From positions 235,010-299,009 of the forward strand of contig JANBVK010000001.1 of assembly GCA_024239035.1 (NCBI GenBank): DNA of 64,000 bases, read 5' to 3'. Shown here in pieces: positions 1 to 10,930 of the stretch. The position numbers were made by a program, and so were the translations under genes. How positions within the stretch are numbered: the stretch's first letter is position 1; each line of letters begins with the position of its first letter. Origin of the DNA: Patescibacteria group bacterium. GTDB taxonomy: Bacteria > Patescibacteriota > Minisyncoccia > UBA6257 > GWB1-50-10. Below the pieces are notes generated by a model that was given only the letters and a program-made list of their open reading frames with translations, was not told the DNA's origin and searched no databases.

Positions 1-605
1 AAGTGAATATCTGATGCCCGTGAAGAAAAGGCATAAGATAGTAAATTATCAACAATGGCAACAACGGGCAGGTCGGCTGCAGCTTCTTCAAGATCACCTT
101 TACTAGCTTTTATCTTTAAAGATTCTTTAATACTCCCCTCTATGATTTCCTTAAAATCTTGAGTAAGTTTCTGCTCGTAAAGAGAAAAGCCTCTATTAAG
201 GTCTTCGTCGGTAGCTAAGAATGGTTTTATAGGGCCTCCCAATCTCAGTTTCAAAAAATCAATCGTTTCAAGATTAGTTGGATCTTCCATAGCCACATCA
301 AACTTCCCATCGGGCTCGCGGCCGAAAACAATAACTTTCCTGTGCCTCGCCGCATCCTCGGTCAAAAGGTGTAGAACTTTCTCGTCAATCTTAACCGTCC
401 CTAAATTCACCCGTTCAACGCCCAAAGACTTAGCAATGAGGATGTATAGGTAATCCTTATTAATAAGTCCTTGAGAAACTAACACGTCAGCTAAATTCTG
501 ACGTTTCCGTTTGGCCTCTGTAAAGAGCTTATCAAACGTATCCGAATCAATAATACCTTGCTTAATTAAAATTTCCTTAAGTTTTTGCGGGGGGAGAGAA
601 ATCAT
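1..605 (-). CDS. pilB: Type IV pilus / type II secretion ATPase PilB/GspE, N-terminal portion; the gene runs off the window start
   Basis: My own minus-strand translation from the ATG at 605 gives MISLPPQKLKEILIKQGIIDSDTFDKLF...PVVAIVDNLLSYAFSSRASDIH, the GspE N-terminal domain and the conserved ASDIH(IEP) stretch. It is absent from the ORF track because there is no stop inside the window. Confidence 0.8.
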   Translation of the reverse strand, partial: MISLPPQKLKEILIKQGIIDSDTFDKLFTEAKRKRQNLADVLVSQGLINKDYLYILIAKSLGVERVNLGTVKIDEKVLHLLTEDAARHRKVIVFGREPDGKFDVAMEDPTNLETIDFLKLRLGGPIKPFLATDEDLNRGFSLYEQKLTQDFKEIIEGSIKESLKIKASKGDLEEAAADLPVVAIVDNLLSYAFSSRASDIH

Positions 606-1225
606 GCCATTTTTGTAATTATAACCAATATCGCGACCGGCAGCCACAGCCAGTATAATGAGAACCTGCGGTTTTCTTTGGTAATCAGTAACTGGTAACT
701 GGTAACTAGAGAGGCCATTAAAAGAAGGGTAATAATGTAATATATCCAAACATAACCCCACGCAGGATTTCCTAAAATAAAAACAGCAAGAGCGCCCAAG
801 TATGGCTCCTCGTCTTCAAAAAATCTTCTTTTAAATTTTATATTAAGGCGGCTAGCTAATACTAATAACAGAAGTGCTACCGCAAGAGATACAAGATAAT
901 AAAGCCCAAAACGGGTGAAATGATAACCAAACACATAGGCGATACTTTGATGAGGAGGCACTAAGAGTTGAGTGAAAGAGCCACCGTCCCGCCAGGCAAT
1001 ATACTGGGCATAAACGAGGTAAAAATAATAAGTGAATATGAACGCAACGGAAATCCAGAAAAGATATTTAAAAATCCTATACGCCTTACTTGTCCTGCCT
1101 GCCCCGAGTTTCGTTGAGGGGAGCTGCGTCGAAGGACCTGCTCCGAACCGCCTCAAAAATAACTGCACAACAAATCCCCCGCCCAAAACCGCAAAAGAGA
1201 ATATCTCAATAAGCATCCACTTCAT
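602..1225 (-). CDS. Polytopic membrane protein (about 6 TM), possibly an A24 prepilin-peptidase-like protein lacking the N-terminal domain
   Basis: 207-aa ORF rich in hydrophobic helices. Its stop overlaps the pilB start by 4 nt (ATGA). FEDEEPYLGALAVFILG weakly recalls the GDxKLLAALGAW motif of PilD. Confidence 0.5.
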   Translation of the reverse strand: MKWMLIEIFSFAVLGGGFVVQLFLRRFGAGPSTQLPSTKLGAGRTSKAYRIFKYLFWISVAFIFTYYFYLVYAQYIAWRDGGSFTQLLVPPHQSIAYVFGYHFTRFGLYYLVSLAVALLLLVLASRLNIKFKRRFFEDEEPYLGALAVFILGNPAWGYVWIYYIITLLLMASLVTSYQLLITKENRRFSLYWLWLPVAILVIITKMA

Positions 1226-1237
1226 TATATATCAAAA

Positions 1238-1262
1238 AGCGCCGGACTCCCGGCGCTTTTTA
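1238..1262 (-). terminator. Rho-independent terminator downstream of the pilin gene (hairpin is palindromic, so it could act on either strand)
   Basis: GCGCCGGactcCCGGCGC hairpin flanked by an A-run and a T-run, sitting between genes. Confidence 0.6.
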
Positions 1263-1284
1263 GTTTAAAAATTAAGACAAAAAT

Positions 1285-1860
1285 CTATATATTAAGGTCA
1301 CTCCCCACTTCATAGATGTTAGGATCGCTTCCACCATCCGTACCCTCCACATCAGAACCTCCGCCCGCAAACTTCGTGCTCTCCATCGTAGCACCTAACT
1401 CGTAGTTAGTGCCATTACAGGCAAAAGAGTAAAAACACCTCTCATCGGTAGCCCCACAATTAGTGGATCCTTGAGTGGCAATGGGATCAACTGGAAGCCG
1501 GGATAGCGGTGAACCGCTCGAGATGTCAAGGAAATCAACCCCAACCCAGCCGACACCATCAACGGTCGTCGAAGCATTAGTGGTGCAGGTTGCCTCAGCT
1601 CTTCCTGCTGTCCCAAAAGTGCAGCGCTCGGTAGCCGAAGAACAGGCCTGACCATCCGCCCCATCAAGTCCGGGGGTTGCTACATCAGCAAGGTAAAGCG
1701 AGACTGCACTGTTTAACGCCGCCATGTCAGAAATCCTTGTTGAATCCCGCGCCTGCTTAATAAGTTCGGCGGGGTTAATAACTAAAATCACCGCCGTAGC
1801 CAAGACAGCAACAATCGCAATAACAACTAAAAGCTCAATAAGAGTAAATCCTTTCTTCAT
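1285..1860 (-). CDS. Type IV pilin / pseudopilin with class III signal peptide
   Basis: N-terminus MKKGFTLIELLVVIAIVAVLA is the canonical prepilin cleavage and methylation motif (G|FTLIELLVV). The C-terminal half is Cys-containing and Gly/Thr-rich. Confidence 0.85.
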   Translation of the reverse strand: MKKGFTLIELLVVIAIVAVLATAVILVINPAELIKQARDSTRISDMAALNSAVSLYLADVATPGLDGADGQACSSATERCTFGTAGRAEATCTTNASTTVDGVGWVGVDFLDISSGSPLSRLPVDPIATQGSTNCGATDERCFYSFACNGTNYELGATMESTKFAGGGSDVEGTDGGSDPNIYEVGSDLNI

Positions 1861-1931
1861 TGCTATTTTATTTATTGTATCATAATCAGCATCTCCAATG
1901 CCAAGAAGTTATCCACAAGAACCGGCAGACA

Positions 1932-2309
1932 TCAAACAGCAAGAAAACCTTTCACTTTCTTCACCAAATCTTCAATTGACATTTTGGCCTTAACAAAATA
2001 ACCGATTGCTCCCAACACCTGACCTTTCTCAACGTCACTCTCCTGACCTAAGTTGGAGATAATAACTATCGGCGCCTGATTATAGGAAGGATCATCTTTC
2101 AGGATTTCCATCAACTCAAACCCCGATACCTTCGGCAAGATAATATCCAAAAGGACCAAGTCGGGCTTGATACTTTTTAAAACTTTTAATGCCTCCTCGC
2201 CATCTCTGGCTAAGTTAACAATAAACTTCTCCTTTTCCAGCCGTTGCTTAAGGAGATTACCTAAAAGCGGTTCATCTTCAACTAAAAGGATGGTTTTTTG
2301 ATCTGGCAT
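1932..2309 (-). CDS. Single-domain response regulator (CheY-like receiver)
   Basis: LLVEDEP...DLVLLDIILP...K motifs with phospho-acceptor Asp context; 125 aa. Confidence 0.8.
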   Translation of the reverse strand: MPDQKTILLVEDEPLLGNLLKQRLEKEKFIVNLARDGEEALKVLKSIKPDLVLLDIILPKVSGFELMEILKDDPSYNQAPIVIISNLGQESDVEKGQVLGAIGYFVKAKMSIEDLVKKVKGFLAV

Positions 2310-2574
2310 TGACCTGATTATAACATTTACCCCGTTAGAAATCCCCCTATCTATAGCAATAGTAGGGGGGGCAGCCTCGACATAATATCGGGGCTTGTTT
2401 CTGATTGGGGTAAGTTGAAAACTTTTTTAGTTGTCCCATACCCGCCATAGCTTTAGAGCGACGGCGGGGGCCACCTACTTAAAGGCTGAGTGGCCAACAC
2501 CTTCCGCCTTATCAGCGGAATCGACTCAAACTAACAAGAGGTTTTATAACGGCTGTTATAAACTTTATTAGTTT

Positions 2575-4100
<1,526 letters not shown>

Positions 4101-4461
4101 AAAAAATTGGGACAACTAAAAAAGTTTTCAATTCTGGTTCTCCGATTTCACAATATCGGAGGTATATTCATATTTTCAAGTAACATTCGGCTCAATCATA
4201 GTCAAAATAATACACCCACCTCACTCGACATGATCGACGTCTCAAGTGGGGTGGATGTACTAAACTCCAAAGTTCTCTCCAAATTTTACTATCTATGTAC
4301 TATCCATTGTTAGTTTCAGTATAGTGAGTCACCCGTGCTTGTCAATCCCCCACATAAGTACTTATTTTGTGGGGGGTCAACTCCCTAAAACCAAGGGTTT
4401 AGTTGAAAAATTCAGTCTCAGGTGCTAATATTCTTGCAATCTAAACTATGAAACCTAAACC

Positions 4462-4737
4462 ATGAAAAGTGATATTCACCCACAATATTACCCGAAGGCT
4501 AAAGTAAGCTGCGCCTGCGGAAACAAATTTACGGTTGGAGCCACCAAGTCGGAGATCAAAGTTGAGATCTGCAGCAAGTGCCACCCTTTCTATACCGGCT
4601 CACAAAAGCTTATTGACACTACTGGAAGAGTAGAACGGTTTAAAGCAAGGAAGGCGAAGGCTGCCACCAAGAACGAAAAGGCGCGAAAGAAGAGTACGCA
4701 AAAAAGTGCTAAAAAAAATCCGCGTAAATCCGCGTAG
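4462..4737 (+). CDS. rpmE: Ribosomal protein L31 with Lys-rich C-terminal extension
   Basis: [10 protein letters not shown]...CACGN...[10 protein letters not shown] matches the L31 zinc-ribbon signature (CxxC...CxxCHPF). Confidence 0.9.
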   Translation: MKSDIHPQYYPKAKVSCACGNKFTVGATKSEIKVEICSKCHPFYTGSQKLIDTTGRVERFKARKAKAATKNEKARKKSTQKSAKKNPRKSA

Positions 4738-4767
4738 CTATCCGCGTTTATCCGCTTCTATAAATTT

Positions 4768-5448
4768 ATGGAACTTAAAGTTAAAAACCGCATAATTCTT
4801 GGCAAAAAAGTAAAACACCTTCGCGACAAAGGTTTAATCCCTGCTGAACTCTTTGGTCACGGCGTAACGAACAAACACCTGGAGATTCCGGAGAAAGATC
4901 TTATAGATATTTATAAAAAAGCTGGCAGTCACACCATTATCCAGGTGATAACAGAGGAAGGAGAAAAAATACCAGCCCTGATTTCAGAGGTGCAACACCA
5001 TCCCTTATCAAGAAAGCCTCTTAATGTTGATCTCCACCAGATACGAATGGATGAAATTATTGAAACCGGAGTTCCAATTAAATTTAAAGGTGAAGCCCCT
5101 GTCGAGAAAAGTGGATTTTTTGTGATGAGGGTCTTAGATGAAATTGAAATTAAGGCACTGCCGGACAAGATTCCTCACTCTTTTGAAGTAGATCTGTCTA
5201 CTCTTAAAGAAGTTGGCCAGAGCATTAACGTAAACGACATTACTGTTCCTAAAGAAGTTAAAATATTAACTCCTGGAGAAACAGTTATCGCAACCGTAAC
5301 CGAACGCGAAAAAGAAGAAGAGGAAACTTCTTCCCCGGCCGCCGAGGCTACCGAGGTTACTGCTAAGACTACGCCCGAAACCACTGAAACGCCAAGTAAG
5401 CCTACTGAAGCGGAAAAGAAAAAAGAACCGGAGAAATCTAAAAAATAG
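4768..5448 (+). CDS. rplY: Ribosomal protein L25 / general stress protein Ctc, with acidic and Thr/Lys-rich C-terminal tail
   Basis: N-terminal region (LIPAELFGHG...HLEIPEKDL...) and central beta-barrel region are L25/Ctc-like; 226 aa. Confidence 0.75.
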   Translation: MELKVKNRIILGKKVKHLRDKGLIPAELFGHGVTNKHLEIPEKDLIDIYKKAGSHTIIQVITEEGEKIPALISEVQHHPLSRKPLNVDLHQIRMDEIIETGVPIKFKGEAPVEKSGFFVMRVLDEIEIKALPDKIPHSFEVDLSTLKEVGQSINVNDITVPKEVKILTPGETVIATVTEREKEEEETSSPAAEATEVTAKTTPETTETPSKPTEAEKKKEPEKSKK

Positions 5449-5490
5449 TTATTTCTGAAACGTTATCCGCCCCTGTGCTATTATATAAAT

Positions 5491-6948
5491 ATGAGAAGGA
5501 TGTTCGATATAGTTCCCAAACGCCCTAACCGCTTAAACTTCTCTTACTCCAAGCGGTTCTTTTTCCCCTTAAACGCTTTTATGAAAATCACGGTAGCCGT
5601 GCTGGTTCTTCTGCTTTTTACGGGTTCTGTGCAGGCACCGCAAGTAGCCTATTACACCCGCGCGGCCGAAAACGAGGATGGAGAAAACAATAAAACTACC
5701 CAAGAAGAACGGCTGGAACTGGAAAACAAACTCACTGAATTAGAACAGCAAATTGTTGAACACCAAAACACTATTGATGAATATAAGAGACAGGGTAAAA
5801 CTCTAAATAATGAAATCTACGCCCTGAATGCACAAATCGGTCAAATTAATCTCAAGATTAAAGCTATTGGCCTGAATCTTGAGAAACTTAACGTTGATAT
5901 AACCGACACGCAGGCGCAAATCAACCGAAGCGAAAACAAAATTGACAGCCACAAAGTCGCTCTTGGAAAAGGTGTCCGGGATCTCTACGAAGCTGACAAC
6001 GTTGGCCTCATTGAAATTCTCCTGGCTAACAACAGGCTCTCCGATTTCTTCGGCAACATCAATGATATTGCTCTCGTCCAAAATAACCTGCGAATAGACC
6101 TAACAGACATCATAAAACTTCGCCAGGAACTTCTCGAACAAAAACAAGAACTTGCGCTCGAAAAAGAAGATGTCGAAAATCTCAGGACTTACCGAGAATC
6201 CCAAAAACAGACAGTAGCTGTAACAAAGGGAAAGAAAGCAAATCTCCTGGACATAACAAAAGGTAAGGAATCCGAATATCAAAAACTACTCATAGAAACA
6301 AAGAAAACAGCAACTGAGATACGGGGCAGAATTTTTAAATTTCTCGGCGGCGGCGAGCTTACCTTTGAAGAAGCGTATGACTACGCACGCCTCGCAGAAG
6401 GCGCTACCGGCGTACGCGCGGCCTTAGTCCTTGCAATTCTTGACCGCGAATCACTCCTCGGCAAAAATGTAGGCCGCTGCGGTTATAAAACCGCCATGCA
6501 CCCAACGCGCGATATCCCCTATTTCCTCGATATGCTACGACGCTTGAATATTGACCCAGATTCAACCCTGGCAAAGGTATCCTGTCCCAATGCTCACGGT
6601 TCCTATGGTGGTGCTATGGGACCGGCACAATTCATCCCATCAACATGGGAGCTCTATGAAGATAGAGTCGCTAAAGTCACAGGAAACAACCCCGCAAACC
6701 CTTGGAATAATTCAGATGCGTTTGTCGCGACCGCGATCTACATTGAGGATCTTATCGGCTCATCAGGCTGCCAAAGTTACGGAGAAAAAAACAAACACAT
6801 CGTTCCGAAACAAACTCTTATTGAACGGTGCGCTGCTGCTAAGTACTATTCCGGGAAACGGTGGTATACCTACCGTTTCTGGTACGGCGAACCGGTGGTT
6901 ACAAAGGCAAACGAGTTTGAGGAAGATATTAAAATCTTAACTAGCTAG
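5491..6948 (+). CDS. Secreted coiled-coil protein with C-terminal MltB-like lytic transglycosylase domain; probable true start at 5581 (MKITVAVLVLLLF signal peptide)
   Basis: Signal peptide, then a long heptad-rich region (PcsB/EnvC-like coiled coil), then ...GSYGGAMGPAQFIPSTW..., which resembles the AGAMGPMQFMPATW motif of the MltB / Slt35 family. Confidence 0.65.
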   Translation: MRRMFDIVPKRPNRLNFSYSKRFFFPLNAFMKITVAVLVLLLFTGSVQAPQVAYYTRAAENEDGENNKTTQEERLELENKLTELEQQIVEHQNTIDEYKRQGKTLNNEIYALNAQIGQINLKIKAIGLNLEKLNVDITDTQAQINRSENKIDSHKVALGKGVRDLYEADNVGLIEILLANNRLSDFFGNINDIALVQNNLRIDLTDIIKLRQELLEQKQELALEKEDVENLRTYRESQKQTVAVTKGKKANLLDITKGKESEYQKLLIETKKTATEIRGRIFKFLGGGELTFEEAYDYARLAEGATGVRAALVLAILDRESLLGKNVGRCGYKTAMHPTRDIPYFLDMLRRLNIDPDSTLAKVSCPNAHGSYGGAMGPAQFIPSTWELYEDRVAKVTGNNPANPWNNSDAFVATAIYIEDLIGSSGCQSYGEKNKHIVPKQTLIERCAAAKYYSGKRWYTYRFWYGEPVVTKANEFEEDIKILTS

Positions 6949-6951
6949 CAG

Positions 6952-7707
6952 CTACCCGCCGCTTTTCCGAAACGCTTTCACAATCGGCTCCAAGTTACCT
7001 TCCAAAATTTTCTCAATATTTCCCCATTTCTTCTTGATTCGGTGATCGGTGATCCGGTCTTGGGGAAAGTTATAAGTGCGGATCTTTTCCGCTCGTTCCG
7101 CAGAGCCAATCTGTTCTCTTCGAAGTGAACTTATCTCTTCCACTCCCGCAGACTGCTGAGCTTCATAAAGCTTCGCGCGCAAAATATTCATTGCTTGTTC
7201 CCGGTTTGCGCTCTGTGAACGCCCGGCTTGAGAAGAAACAGTTACACCTGTCGGAATGTGGCGAATTCGCACTGCGGTCTCAACTTTGTTTACGTTCTGT
7301 CCGCCCGGACCGGAAGACCGAAAAAAAGAAACTTCCAACTCATCCGGCTTAACTTGCACTTCCTTTGGTTCAACTACGGGTAGTACGGCAACAGAGGCGG
7401 TTGAAGTATGAATCCGTCCCGACTTTTCGGTTTCGGGGATGCGTTGCACCCGATGAACTCCAGATTCATTTTTCAAAATCTCGTAGAGATTTTGTCCTGA
7501 GCCTGTCGAAGGATTACTTATCTCCGCAACAAACGTTTTATATCCCCTGACCGAACTGGCGCTAGAATCCAAAACGGTAAAGCGCCACTCGCGCTTCGCG
7601 GCGTACTTCTGATACATACGCGCCAAATCCCCGGCAAAAAGCGACGCCTCTTCACCTCCGGTTCCGGCACGGATTTCTAGGATTATTCTGTTTATATTCT
7701 GTTCCAT
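6952..7707 (-). CDS. prfA: Class I peptide chain release factor, RF1-like, lacking the N-terminal domain 1
   Basis: GGQ motif (SSGPGGQNVNK), a PxT-type codon-recognition tripeptide in context (RVQRIPETEKSGRIHTS) and a C-terminal RTYNFPQDRITDHR. It aligns to E. coli RF1 from about residue 110 onward. Only 251 aa. Confidence 0.85.
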   Translation of the reverse strand: MEQNINRIILEIRAGTGGEEASLFAGDLARMYQKYAAKREWRFTVLDSSASSVRGYKTFVAEISNPSTGSGQNLYEILKNESGVHRVQRIPETEKSGRIHTSTASVAVLPVVEPKEVQVKPDELEVSFFRSSGPGGQNVNKVETAVRIRHIPTGVTVSSQAGRSQSANREQAMNILRAKLYEAQQSAGVEEISSLRREQIGSAERAEKIRTYNFPQDRITDHRIKKKWGNIEKILEGNLEPIVKAFRKSGG

Positions 7708-7743
7708 AAAAGCAGTTTAAACATAAAGAAATTCTCAATTTAA

Positions 7744-7781
7744 GTTAACGGCTCAACGACACTCATCGTTGAGCCGTTAAC
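7744..7781 (-). terminator. Strong hairpin (15-bp perfect stem) downstream of fba; terminator-like
   Basis: GTTAACGGCTCAACG-acactcat-CGTTGAGCCGTTAAC, followed on the minus strand by an AU-rich stretch. Confidence 0.5.
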
Positions 7782-7795
7782 AAAGATCACGCTCA

Positions 7796-8677
7796 CTAAA
7801 GCTTATTAAACAACCTTAATCTGTTCTCTATCACTTTCTCCATCTTCTCAATAACTTCCGGCGTAAGTTTATAAGACGCTATTTCTTCTGGATTATTCTT
7901 GAGCGCTTCCTCAAAGCTTTTGCGCCAGGCGACACGCAATTCCGTAGAAATATGAATAATAGAAATTCCAGCATTAATTGCCGCGACAAAATCCTCATCA
8001 CTGACCCCCGATCCCCCATGCAAGACAAGCGGCACTTTCGCAGCGTCTTTAATCTCTCTAATGCGTTCTATCTGCAAGTTTGGGTTAGATGCGCCAGAGA
8101 GCATCCCATGAACGTTTCCCACCGCAGGCGCAAGCATGTCCACGCCGGTTTCCCTGACAAACTGCTCGGCCTGCTCGGGTGTAGGAAGATCTTCTAAACG
8201 AATCGCTGCGCCTTCTGGTAATTCTTTTAGGACTTTAGACGACTGACCGATATATCCCAATTCTCCCTCCACAACAATTTCGGGGTTGATTTTTTTCGCA
8301 ATCTGAACCGCCTTTTTCGTCTGTTGAACATTCTCCTCAAACGGTAATTTTCCTCCGTCAAATATAATTGAGTCATATCCAACCTCTGCTGCATCTTTAA
8401 CTTTATCTAATGAGTATGTATGATCTGCATTTAAAAAGAGCGTATACCCACTACCCTTAGCATGCTCTTTGTTATAGCTCGCAATCAAATCAACGCTGTG
8501 ATGAATGCCAAGAAATCCGCGTTCTCCTTCCGAGGTACCGATGATAACTGGTAACTGCAATCTCTCCGCCACGTGAGAGACAGCTTTCAACATCTCAAGA
8601 TTAGCAACATTAAAATGACCAACCGCTACTCTTTTCTTTTCCGCTTCTTTTATTATTTGGATTAAACTTTTTGTCAT
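7796..8677 (-). CDS. fba: Class II fructose/tagatose-bisphosphate aldolase
   Basis: VAVGHFNVANLE...HGGSG...family pattern of class II aldolases; 293 aa. Confidence 0.85.
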   Translation of the reverse strand: MTKSLIQIIKEAEKKRVAVGHFNVANLEMLKAVSHVAERLQLPVIIGTSEGERGFLGIHHSVDLIASYNKEHAKGSGYTLFLNADHTYSLDKVKDAAEVGYDSIIFDGGKLPFEENVQQTKKAVQIAKKINPEIVVEGELGYIGQSSKVLKELPEGAAIRLEDLPTPEQAEQFVRETGVDMLAPAVGNVHGMLSGASNPNLQIERIREIKDAAKVPLVLHGGSGVSDEDFVAAINAGISIIHISTELRVAWRKSFEEALKNNPEEIASYKLTPEVIEKMEKVIENRLRLFNKL

Positions 8678-9913
8678 TTAAAATTTGATAATGCCTTTAT
8701 CAAAATTACACAAAAGAAGTTCTTCTGTTTTATCTTCGCCGCCCACGTAATCCTCAAAAATTCTCGTCCACATTGCTTCTCTTTGATGATAGGTGAAAAA
8801 TTTTTCCTTACCTTCCATAAAAGATACTAGCGACATTGCATTGTCTTCCAAATCAAAACTTACCAATTCTTCCCTCCCTCCGTCATCGAAGAGTCCTCCT
8901 ACCCAATCAAGGTCGTGCCATAACTCCAAATCAAGGTCATTCCGATCAAGGGCGAATTTGGCCAAATCCCGCTCGCCTCTTAACCAGTGCATGGACTCGG
9001 GGTTGACTCTCGGGAGAAACAAACGGGGGTCGGCAGGATTCTCCTTTGCTAAATATCGTTGAACAATGAGCCATTCGCCGACTCCTACTTTATTAGTTTC
9101 CAAAACGTCGCCTCGGAGAAGTTTTTTAAAACGCTCGGCGAAATTTTTTTCTTTGCTGTATCTCCTGAAAAGTTTGGAATAAAAGTCAATTTCATGGAAA
9201 TAATGCAAAAGCAGGGCAAAGTCCCGCAAAAACTTTCCGGGGACATCCTCTTTGATTGGATTTAAAAATATAACTCCAAACTCTTTTAAGTGACTGACGT
9301 TATGATGTTTTTTAGCGACGAATTTCTTACTCACGTCAAGCCATTTCGCTCCCAACATCTTAAGTTCAATTGGCCGTTCTTCGAAGTCGGATGCCTTAAA
9401 ACCGCTGTAAGCCTTTTCAAAAGTTTCGTGCATCCAATCGTTTGACTCAATGAATCTAAGAGCGCTGAATACCTCCAGAACATCCTCGTTCTTTATAAGC
9501 TCGTCAATCCCCTTGTAGCCGAGATAATCCAAAAGTTTTTGGGAAGGTCTCTCTTTCAAAATTTCCTTCAAGTAATCTTTCTTTAAAAAAAATCCGTCTG
9601 TAGCTGTTGATATTTTTTTAGCCAAACTCACGGATTTCTCAAATTCATTTGCGCCTGGAACGCCCGCTAAAAAACCAAAAAACTGCTTCTCGTGATTGAA
9701 AATTGTTTTCCGCAAAGCGCCGCGGACATGATTTGCTTCCATAATCTTTGAATTTATCTTATCGAGTGTTGAAGCAATGGTCCGCTCATTTAAATCGCAA
9801 AGTTTTTCCATAACACCCGAACGACCCGTTTTCTCGGACATCTTTCCGTCAAGTTCTTTTAACATTTGAGGATTGACCTCTAAAACTTTCGCGATTTTCT
9901 CTGCTGCAAACAT
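8678..9913 (-). CDS. Hypothetical protein (411 aa) embedded in the sugar-phosphate metabolism cluster
   Basis: Long ORF immediately adjacent to fba and pfkB, with no intergenic gap. I recognise no motif; no Cys; charged and helical-looking. Confidence 0.6.
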   Translation of the reverse strand: MFAAEKIAKVLEVNPQMLKELDGKMSEKTGRSGVMEKLCDLNERTIASTLDKINSKIMEANHVRGALRKTIFNHEKQFFGFLAGVPGANEFEKSVSLAKKISTATDGFFLKKDYLKEILKERPSQKLLDYLGYKGIDELIKNEDVLEVFSALRFIESNDWMHETFEKAYSGFKASDFEERPIELKMLGAKWLDVSKKFVAKKHHNVSHLKEFGVIFLNPIKEDVPGKFLRDFALLLHYFHEIDFYSKLFRRYSKEKNFAERFKKLLRGDVLETNKVGVGEWLIVQRYLAKENPADPRLFLPRVNPESMHWLRGERDLAKFALDRNDLDLELWHDLDWVGGLFDDGGREELVSFDLEDNAMSLVSFMEGKEKFFTYHQREAMWTRIFEDYVGGEDKTEELLLCNFDKGIIKF

Positions 9914-9915
9914 GT

Positions 9916-10920
9916 TTATACTGGATCAACGTCTAGGTCTAAATACTGCCAACGTTTCTTCTTAAAATCGCTCTTTCGTAAAATGCCCTCCTGCGCCCCA
10001 ATATGCTCAATAACCGAGGTGGCGTTTGCGCTTGCAAGTCGCAGAGCCCAACAAATATCTTTCTTTTGGATTAAACCAGCGACAAATGCTGAACCAAAGG
10101 CATCACCAGCTCCTGTCCGGTCAATAAGTTTTTTCTCTTTGAAAGTGCCGGCACGATAAAAATATTCTCCATCTGAGACAAATGATCCTCTGGCACCGTC
10201 GGTCATAATGGCTGTGCCGCCAACCATATCTTTAAATTTTTTGAAAATTTTCTTATCCCGCTTATAATCCAAACCTGTTAAATAAGATGCTTCCTCCCGG
10301 TTAATAACCACCACATCAAGACTTTTTAAGAGGGGTTTTAATTTTTGAGCACCCATTTTTAAATAATGTTTAGATGGGTTCATTGCAACCATTGTTCCCT
10401 TCTTCTTTAAATGGGAAATAATCGACTGAATTACGGTAATGGCAATGGTACCCGGTGAAATGTAAGCCCAGCGCGCTTTTAAACTTCTAATCGGTACTTC
10501 TTTTTTTTGAAAATCTCCTGAAGCTCCCCGGTAAACCAAAACGGTCCGCTCGCCTCCTGGTGTCAGAAGAATAGTTGAATAAGCCGTACCGGTTTTCTTG
10601 TCTTTCACGGCTATCGGCGTAACTTTTTCGTTTTTTAGTTCCTTAATTATTGTTTCACCAAACTCGTCACTACCCACTCTCACTAAGGCTGCTGTCCTGA
10701 AACCTTGCCGGCTAAAGGTGATAGAGGTATTAGCCGCCCCGCCGCCGAGGGCAAGGACGGGTTCGTCAATGTTAAGCTTCGTGCCCAACGCGAAACATTC
10801 TGCCTCACCGGTTTTAAAACCAATCTTTTTAAGATGTATTGGATCTCGTAAAACCTTAAAGAACGAGCTTTTCAAAAACACGTCTCGCGTCGCTGTACCT
10901 ATGGTTATTATGTCAAACAT
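9916..10920 (-). CDS. PfkB-family carbohydrate kinase (ribokinase / phosphofructokinase-B-like)
   Basis: C-terminal TGAGDAF anion-hole motif, N-terminal GG dipeptide region, 334 aa. Confidence 0.8.
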   Translation of the reverse strand: MFDIITIGTATRDVFLKSSFFKVLRDPIHLKKIGFKTGEAECFALGTKLNIDEPVLALGGGAANTSITFSRQGFRTAALVRVGSDEFGETIIKELKNEKVTPIAVKDKKTGTAYSTILLTPGGERTVLVYRGASGDFQKKEVPIRSLKARWAYISPGTIAITVIQSIISHLKKKGTMVAMNPSKHYLKMGAQKLKPLLKSLDVVVINREEASYLTGLDYKRDKKIFKKFKDMVGGTAIMTDGARGSFVSDGEYFYRAGTFKEKKLIDRTGAGDAFGSAFVAGLIQKKDICWALRLASANATSVIEHIGAQEGILRKSDFKKKRWQYLDLDVDPV

Positions 10921-10930
10921 AATTTATGAT

